A stretch of DNA of 40,240 nt, taken from Octopus bimaculoides. Taxonomy: Eukaryota. Positions 32,811 to 40,240 of the stretch are shown here, piece by piece. Both the position numbers and the translations under genes were made by a program. Within the stretch, counting starts at the first letter, position 1; each line of letters starts with the position of its first letter. The stretch covers positions 103,761,669 through 103,801,908 of the forward strand of contig NC_068987.1 in assembly GCF_001194135.2 (NCBI RefSeq), given 5' to 3'. The notes beneath the pieces were generated by a model, which did no database searches, was not told where the DNA came from, and saw only the letters and a list, made by a program, of their open reading frames with translations.

Positions 32811-33279
32811 AATGAGAGCTTTTTCTGTTTTTTTATCCCCCTTTTTTCCTGTTAAACATTATAAAAACCGTAAGAACTAGCTTACGGCTCTGAAAGAAAA
32901 AGAAAGAAAATAAAGAGGAAATTAACAAAGCAAATAAACGAAAGGTAAAAAAAAAACATAGTAAGAAAGCAATATTGGACGTCACCTGCTTTTATTATAA
33001 GGTAAAAATCAAGATTTCAAGTAAACTGCATTTTAGGGCCTCCGTCGGTGGAAGTTGACCATGCATCTGCACATGTATGAATAACTGTGCAAGATATATT
33101 TTAGAAGAACAAGAACAACAGCAACAACGGCGAGAAGGCGGAGGAGGAGGAGGAGGAGGAGCAAGAAGAGGGGGAGGTCAGTTGCTCTCTTCTTTCCATG
33201 ACTCCGATATTTATGTGCAGGTAAGGCCACCGACTTATATCGATGCAGTATGGTACCAGTGTTGTAGGCGCCGTTAGTG

Positions 33280-33440
33280 TCAGAACGTAGGGAGACGGAA
33301 CAAATACCACAAGACATCTTGCTTAACCTTCTGAAAGAACCGCCAATCCACTTCTTTATATTGGTACATTTCTATTGACCCCGAAAGAATGAAAGGCAAA
33401 GTCGACCTCGGTGAGATATGAACTCAGAGCGCAGAGGGTC
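33280..33440 (-). mobile_element. Two rearranged family-B fragments
   Basis: cagaacgtagggagacggaacaaataccacaag, then ttggtacatttctattgaccccgaaagaatgaaaggcaaagtcgacctcgg...aactcaga. Confidence 0.6.
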
Positions 33441-33920
33441 AGAAGAAGGCATCCTATAAAACACACTATCAACTCTGTCAAATTGCTGCCTCGTGGCCTG
33501 CATCGACAAAAATTAATCTATGGAAGTCCGTAAATGAAAAATAAATTACAGTGGTGAGGTTTCTAAACTAGCGCATAATTAAAACCCTCAAAGCTCTCAG
33601 CAATGTTTGGCCTCACAAATCTTTGATTACGTCTCAATCTTTTTTTCTATCCTAGCATTTCACTTATTTTGACAAAAGCCTGTTCATTTTACTGACCTAC
33701 TCGAGATGTTGGTCCAATCTACTCGTTGCGCCATCTAACAATGAAGGACTATCACTGTTAGCTACGTTCTGAGGGAACTCTTTCCTGTCTCAATGAGTTC
33801 CGAGGTTGAATATGAACTCAAAACGCACCCTTTCTTACTCTCATTCATGCACACACACTTTCTGTTTCCCTCTTTTTCTCGGAAAGAAACTGGTTCTGCT
33901 AGGTTTTAATTATCTATATA

Positions 33921-34502
33921 GGTACAAGCATGGTTATGTGGTTAAGGAGTTCGCTTTGCAACCGCGTAGTTTTGAGTTCAGTCCCACTACACCGTGAGTG
34001 AATATGGTAGGCAGAAACTGCGTGAAAAGCAAGGCGGCGAGCTGGCAGAAACGTTATCGCGCCGGGCGAAATGCTTAGTAGTATTTCGTCAGCCGTTACG
34101 TTCTGAGTTCAAATTCCGCCGAGGTCGACTTTGCCTTTCATCCTTTCGGCGTCGATAAATTAAGTACCATTTATGCACTGGGGTCGATGTAATCAACTTA
34201 ATCCCTTTGTCTGTCCTTGTTTGTCCCCTCTAAGTTTAGACCCTTGTGGGCAATAAAGAAATAAGAAACCGCGTGGTAAGCCGTCTTATGCATGTGTGTA
34301 CGAGTCTTTGTGTTTATGTTCCCACCTACACCACTTGACAAGTGTTGTTGGTTTGCTTACATCATCCTTAAAAGAGCCAGACAAAATAAGTACCTGACTT
34401 TTAAAAAAAATAAGCACTGGGGGTCGATTTGATCGACTAAACCTTGCAAGACAGCACCCCAGCGTGGGTACTCCAAGAACTGAAACAAATAAAAGAATAA
34501 AG
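33921..34502 (+). mobile_element. SINE family A interrupted by a family-B copy
   Basis: Head at 33921-34024; the remainder runs 34264-34502. Confidence 0.8.
34025..34263 (+). mobile_element. SINE family B (different 3' tail) nested in family A, with 12-bp TSD
   Basis: AGAAACTGCGTG (34013-34024) versus AGAAACCGCGTG (34264-34275). Confidence 0.9.
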
Positions 34503-34805
34503 AAAAATGATGACACGACAGTTCTCCTACCACTCTATATGATTTGAAGGTTCAAGGAAGGAAGATGAGCTGTACTCATCAGAACTAATTGGCTTCATAC
34601 CTTCTCTACCCATTCCAATCTAACATACACCCCTCATCTCGTTGTACCACATCCCACCCAGTCTTGCACAAATAACTGACGTATTCAATTCTTTCTTCCT
34701 TGTACGTTTACCCAGTAAAATTCTATTCCCGCCCACGAACTTTTTACCCCGTTCCTCTTCCCAAACTGTAGATGCCAAACTACAGATGTCGAAACAAAAA
34801 CTTAC

Positions 34806-34876
34806 CGTTATCGATTTCACCAAACACGGAAGATCTACGATGATTATGTGCACTGCTACAGTCCTTCTGACTCTGC
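34806..34876 (-). CDS. Exon 1 (71 nt, phase 1->0) of a predicted multi-exon gene, unknown product: RVRRTVAVHIIIVDLPCLVKSIT
   Basis: Minus strand reads gcttcatttttgaag|GCAGAG...ATAACG|gtaagt, a pyrimidine-rich acceptor and a canonical donor. It lies in non-repetitive sequence. Two frames are open; this one joins exon 2 directly. Confidence 0.65.
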
Positions 34877-35923
34877 CTTCAAAAATGAAGCCAAGCAAGC
34901 AAGCAAAACCCAACAAATAATCCCATATTTGGTTAGAATTTTTTGTAAGGTTTTTACCAACAAACACTGCCTATATCTTATTTCATCGCTTGTATGTAAC
35001 TAAAACCCAACATAATGCCTAATACAACATAGTTCTAAAACCGATAACAAGAATTTCTTAGAAAGTTAAATCCAAAATTTTTCATTTTGTAATAATCCCC
35101 TGAAATCTGATGTTTCCTCCAACCGATATCTATTAATCTGCTGTATCGGTTTGTTTCTTTATTGTTTTCTCTTTCTTTTTCTTTTATCTTTTTTTATTTT
35201 TTATTATCTTCTTTTTTTTTTTTGTCCCTTAACAAGCTTACGTTATATCTAAATGTACACGCAAAATGGTGTTTTATTGCTTTGGATTTTTCCTGCTGTT
35301 TTCTGTTTGAGAACGATGCAAAACAGAATCACATTAACATAGCATATAACGAGCTTATGGCTTGTCAAACCTAAAAGCTGGGCTTAGGTCCCTCCTGCCG
35401 ATAAAGTTCTGGATATATATATATATATATATATTGTATATTATGCATGCGCTTGTATATGTTTNNNNNNNNNNNNNNNNNNNNNNNNNNNNNNNNNNNN
35501 NNNNNNNNNNNNNNNNNNNNNNNNNNNNNNNNNNNNNNNNNNNNNNNNNNNNNNNNNNNNNNNNNNNNNNNNNNNNNNNNNNNNNNNNNNNNNNNNNNNN
35601 NNNNNNNNNNNNNNNNNNNNNNNNNNNNNNNNNNNNNNNNNNNNNNNNNNNNNNNNNNNNNNNNNNNNNNNNNNNNNNNNNNNNNNNNNNNNNNNNNNNN
35701 NNNNNNNNNNNNNNNNNNNNNNNNNNNNNNNNNNNNNNNNNNNNNNNNNNNNNNNNNNNNNNNNNNNNNNNNNNNNNNNNNNNNNNNNTATATATATATA
35801 TATATATATATGGAAAGTGGGAGAGAAATAAACAGATAAACAGACATTTAGATAGAGAGCTAAACAGACAGACAGACAGAAACAAGGAGATGAAGATAGG
35901 GTATGACACAGATGACCGTGTAA

Positions 35924-36212
35924 AGATCCATGCGAGGAATATCATTACCAGGGCATATCCAAAATGTGGTAATTCGAGAACGGAGTGGAATAAACGATTG
36001 ATCGTAGAATATTAGACACCCACTGCCCGAAAGCGCAAGTTGCGGTACGCCGGACATGTCACAAGGCTTACGGACACCTGGCGGGCCTGTGCAGTTGTCA
36101 AGGAGAACACACACAAGGCCGCTAAAACGACTGGAAGATCATAGTCAAAAACAGTCGGGCTCAAATAACAGAGAAGGGCGCAATCAAGAGAAGAAATGTA
36201 AGCAGTTTGCGA
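35924..36212 (+). mobile_element. Decayed 3' end of an RTE-clade LINE ORF2
   Basis: With frameshifts it reads RSMRGISLPGHIQNVVIRERSGIND / RKRKLRYAGHVTRLTDTW / RPLKRLED...RAQSREE. This matches the post-RT motifs (HI.N..IR.R.G..D, RKLRWAGHV.R, GRP..RW.D, AQ.R..W). Confidence 0.8.
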
Positions 36213-36638
36213 TTAGCGATTTGTAAGAACATTTGATAGTCTGGTCGATACAGCGATGTGTGTGTATGTGTGTGTGTGTGTGTGTGATGTATTAAGTAGT
36301 GGGTGTCTAACTGATCCTGTCAATTAATTCCCTAACACTTAAATATATACCATGCCAATATGATACTAAGGACTCCCAATCAATCAAACAGTCAATATAG
36401 CGGTCAGTTGCGTAACGATATTAAACCTGCAAGTCTGTTTAGGCACCAACGAAACGCTGTACATATTACACGGTGTATTATATAGTAAAGGAAGAAGGGA
36501 CAACTCAAATTTATGTTACATGCGTTATCTAAACCACACTAACATCTGAACTGCACCAAAATTGACCCGCATTAATAGATGGACAGTATCCATTGATGGA
36601 CAATAACTAAAATATTTCGCCAATATATGCAATATATT

Positions 36639-36859
36639 GGTTTCAATTTTTGGCACAACGCCAGCAATTTCGTGGGAGGGGATTAAGTCGATTACGTCGA
36701 CTCCAGTGCTCACCTGGTACTTATTTTATCGACTCTGAAAAAGGATGAAAGGCGAAATCGATCCTCAGCGGAATTTGAACTCAGAACGTAAAGATGGACG
36801 AAATACCGCTAAACATTTTGCCTGCCGTGCTAACGATTCTGCCAGCTCGCTGTCTTTAC
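36639..36859 (-). mobile_element. SINE family B with 15-bp TSD
   Basis: TATATGCAATATATT (36624-36638) versus TATATGAAATATATT (36860-36874). Confidence 0.9.
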
Positions 36860-37589
36860 TATATGAAATATATTAATGTCCGTAGCAGCTAGATATCTAC
36901 ATATGCATGTTACTGAAACATCGGTGCCATTGTTGGATGTGAGAAAGTCACAGCCAAATGTACACCAACGATACAATAACTGAACTTTTACAACGGCTCC
37001 AACAAATGACTGTTCCGAACAATAATCCTCATAGATTTATCGTTCTTATGATATACAAATTCGAGATTTGAAACCTAAAGTCGTTGTGTACTTCAAATAT
37101 TTAAACTGCAGCTTACTGAGAATTTGTCTACAGCCTAATAGTTAAGTTTTTGCATTCTTTATTGTTTGCTGTTGTTCTTTTGGGTTTTCTTTTTTTTTTC
37201 TTCTGCCCAATTCTTTGAACAAACATGAAGAAATAAAAACGTCGGTTAGAGCAACTGAAATTTCATGACAGACAGAAAATGTGGAGATGATAACCCCCAG
37301 GAGAATTATTAATGATAGATCGTTTTTAAAAAATGATTCTTCTTTATCGCTTCCCTCCACCTCTTTTTCGTCTTGAAATGACTGTGCATAATTGTAACCG
37401 GAAGTAACACAGAATGAAATGGCGTAGTAATTTATTTTCCTTCATTTTTTTTTTCTTTTATCTGTTCTTTTTTCCACAGTTTGTTTTTCCTTTCTTTCAC
37501 GTCAGCAGATTTGTTGTTTAATTCTTAGAAAAAGGGAATGAAAACGAAACGTTACTCACGTACAGATACACTATTTCACAGACAGAGAT

Positions 37590-38030
37590 AAACACACAAA
37601 CACACACACGCACACACACACACACATACACACACACACGCACGCTCACACACNNNNNNNNNNNNNNNNNNNNNNNNNNNNNNNNNNNNNNNNNNNNNNN
37701 NNNNNNNNNNNNNNNNNNNNNNNNNNNNNNNNNNNNNNNNNNNNNNNNNNNNNNNNNNNNNNNNNNNNNNNNNNNNNNNNNNNNNNNNNNNNNNNNNNNN
37801 NNNNNNNNNNNNNNNNNNNNNNNNNNNNNNNNNNNNNNNNNNNNNNNNNNNNNNNNNNNNNNNNNNNNNNNNNNNNNNNNNNNNNNNNNNNNNNNNNNNN
37901 NNNNNNNNNNNNNNNNNNNNNNNNNNNNNNNNNNNNNNNNNNNNNNNNNNNNNNNNNNNNNNNNNNNNNNNNNNNNNNNNNNNNNNNNNNNNNNNNNNNN
38001 NNNNNNNNNNNNNNNNNNNNNNNNNNNNNN

Positions 38031-38116
<86 letters not shown>

Positions 38117-38660
38117 TTGCGTGTGTATGCACATGCGTACCTGTATATATATCTCAGTTTAGACGAAAGTTTAAAAAAGGTTTGATTTTAATCACTAGCT
38201 ATTAACCGTCGACATCACTACCACTATATTATCACTACCAGCGACGCCATCACGGTATTATCCGTACAAGCAACATCACAAACCCGCATTTATTTCAAGA
38301 CCACTCTTACCACGTGTCCAACTATCGCCATCACACCATTGTATAAAAAGCTACCGCCATGATTACCACAATTATAATTATCAGCTCCCTAAGCAATCAC
38401 AACCACTAAAAACTCCCACTTCAGAAAAATACAACAAAACACCACCACCACATTTATCACCGGAAGCAACTCCGCCATTTACAAACACCAACCTACTTGC
38501 AAACGTATCCACACACACTACAAATACTACCACCAACACAAACATCACACTTCTGCGAACGCCACCACTACGAATATCAGCAGTACTACAAACCTCACCA
38601 AAACTACAACACACCGCCACCACTACAAACACCACCACACAATTTGGCCACTTCCTTGAC
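37590..38660. repeat. (CA)n, gap, (TAGA)n and ACC-rich tract
   Basis: Direct reading. Confidence 0.85.
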
Positions 38661-39289
38661 CAATATAATTATATATATATATATATNNNNNNNNNNNNNN
38701 NNNNNNNNNNNNNNNNNNNNNNNNNNNNNNNNNNNNNNNNNNNNNNNNNNNNNNNNNNNNNNNNNNNNNNNNNNNNNNNNNNNNNNNNNNNNNNNNNNNN
38801 NNNNNNNNNNNNNNNNNNNNNNNNNNNNNNNNNNNNNNNNNNNNNNNNNNNNNNNNNNNNNNNNNNNNNNNNNNNNNNNNNNNNNNNNNNNNNNNNNNNN
38901 NNNNNNNNNNNNNNNNNNNNNNNNNNNNNNNNNNNNNNNNNNNNNNNNNNNNNNNNNNNNNNNNNNNNNNNNNNNNNNNNNNNNNNNNNNNNNNNNNNNN
39001 NNNNNNNNNNNNNNNNNNNNNNNNNNNNNNNNNNNNNNNNNNNNNNNNNNNNNNNNNNNNNNNNNNNNNNNNNNNNNNNNNNNNNNNNNNNNNNNNNNNN
39101 NNNNNNNNNNNNNNNNNNNNNNNNNNNNNNNNNNNNNNNNNNNNNNNNNNNNNNNNNNNNNNNNNNNNNNNNNNNNNNNNNNNNNNNNNNNNNNNNNNNN
39201 NNNNNNNNNNNNNNNNNNNNNNNNNNNNNNNNNNNNNNNNNNNNNNNNNNNNNNNNNNNNNNNNNNNNNNNNNNNNNNNNNNNNNNNTA

Positions 39290-39823
39290 CAGAAATGCCA
39301 CGAGAGATGAGTTAACTTGTTCCCGGTGACCGCGCGTAAAACGTAAACTCTTAAAGCAGAGCAATAATTTTCCATGGTAGCAATGTTATGAATTGTAATT
39401 CGTTCCCAGAAATATATTTTACCTATAAAATTCATAATTCTCGTAAATAAATGGGAATAAAACAACAGTAGAATGTAAAGAATATTTTATGTAAAGTAAA
39501 AAAAAAATGTCAAGATCATTTATTATTTAAAAAATCTTATTATTATAATCGTTTTCTGAATCACATTCATTCACACTAGACGCGTGCACACCATCACTTG
39601 TAGACGCGATCGTCGGTTCACAAGCACTCGTAGACGGACTTGTATATTTCTTTTTAAAACACATTTTTTTCGTCTCACTAAATTTCTCGGTAACACGCAG
39701 AAGCATTTGTTATGGTAGGAGAAACTTTTCCACTTCGCTAAAATTTGGACCTTGTGCTTGAAAAGCAAAACTCGTAAACCCACGGTCTCGTAAAACGGTT
39801 CCTCGTAAAGTGAGGTATTACTG
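39290..39823. mobile_element. Tigger/pogo-like non-autonomous element
   Basis: TA|CAGAAATGCCACG...  ...TGAGGTATTACTG|TA: diverged TIRs with TA on both sides. The right end has three CTCGTAAA subterminal repeats. Confidence 0.6.
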
Positions 39824-40150
39824 TATATACATACGATGTATATATTTTAAAGAAGAGTTATTTGTAAACACCTCCTTAACTTTTACAACACCTTCGAAGG
39901 ATATTGTAAAGAAACCACAAGGACACGTTAAGAGCAGTCACAGAACATATTAGCAATAAGTTCATTAGAACTATCATAGACTATGTCATCCCTAAGTCAG
40001 CCCCAACCTCGTCACACTCAGCCACAATAAACTACAAAGAATGCAAAATAAGCTTCACAAATCATCACAAGTCGTACAAAGACTAAAGCCACGAACTACA
40101 TACACAAAGGAATAAAACAAAACAAAAATAAAAGATTATCTGGACATTAG

Positions 40151-40180
40151 GCGCATGCGTGGCTGTGTGGTAAGAAGCTT

Positions 40181-40181
<1 letters not shown>
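40151..40181 (+). mobile_element. SINE family A head remnant
   Basis: gcgcatgcgtggctgtgtggtaagaagctt followed directly by (TG)n. Confidence 0.6.
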
Positions 40182-40229
<48 letters not shown>

Positions 40230-40240
40230 TATTTATATAC

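Noticed and set aside
36912-37007. 96-nt minus-strand open segment (SFVGAVVKVQLLYRWCTFGCDFLTSNNGTDVS) as an upstream exon
   Set aside because: Weak acceptor, and a phase-0 exit does not join exon 1. A linking exon could lie in the 35465-35788 gap, but I cannot show it.

Overview
AT-rich eukaryotic draft-assembly DNA with nine N gaps, dominated by microsatellites and short interspersed repeats. The SINE families resemble those I associate with octopus (coleoid cephalopod) genomes; that assignment is from memory, not a search. Nearly all ORF-track entries are microsatellite or gap artefacts. Reading splice sites by eye gives 11 small exons (32-127 nt) on the minus strand, from 34876 down to 2270. 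They have AG/GT boundaries and chain in phase into one open 286-codon frame for a protein I do not recognise; its 5' end is not identified. The introns hold about 20 copies or fragments of one SINE family, 13 of a second, and smaller numbers of three others. Also present: a Tc1/mariner transposase relic, an RTE-LINE 3' relic, two hAT-like MITEs, a Tigger/pogo-like element, a Helentron-type non-autonomous element, three related TIR elements carrying E-box/RFX/CCAAT motifs, several foldbacks, and five hammerhead-ribozyme-like relics. There is no CRISPR, rRNA or convincing tRNA gene.
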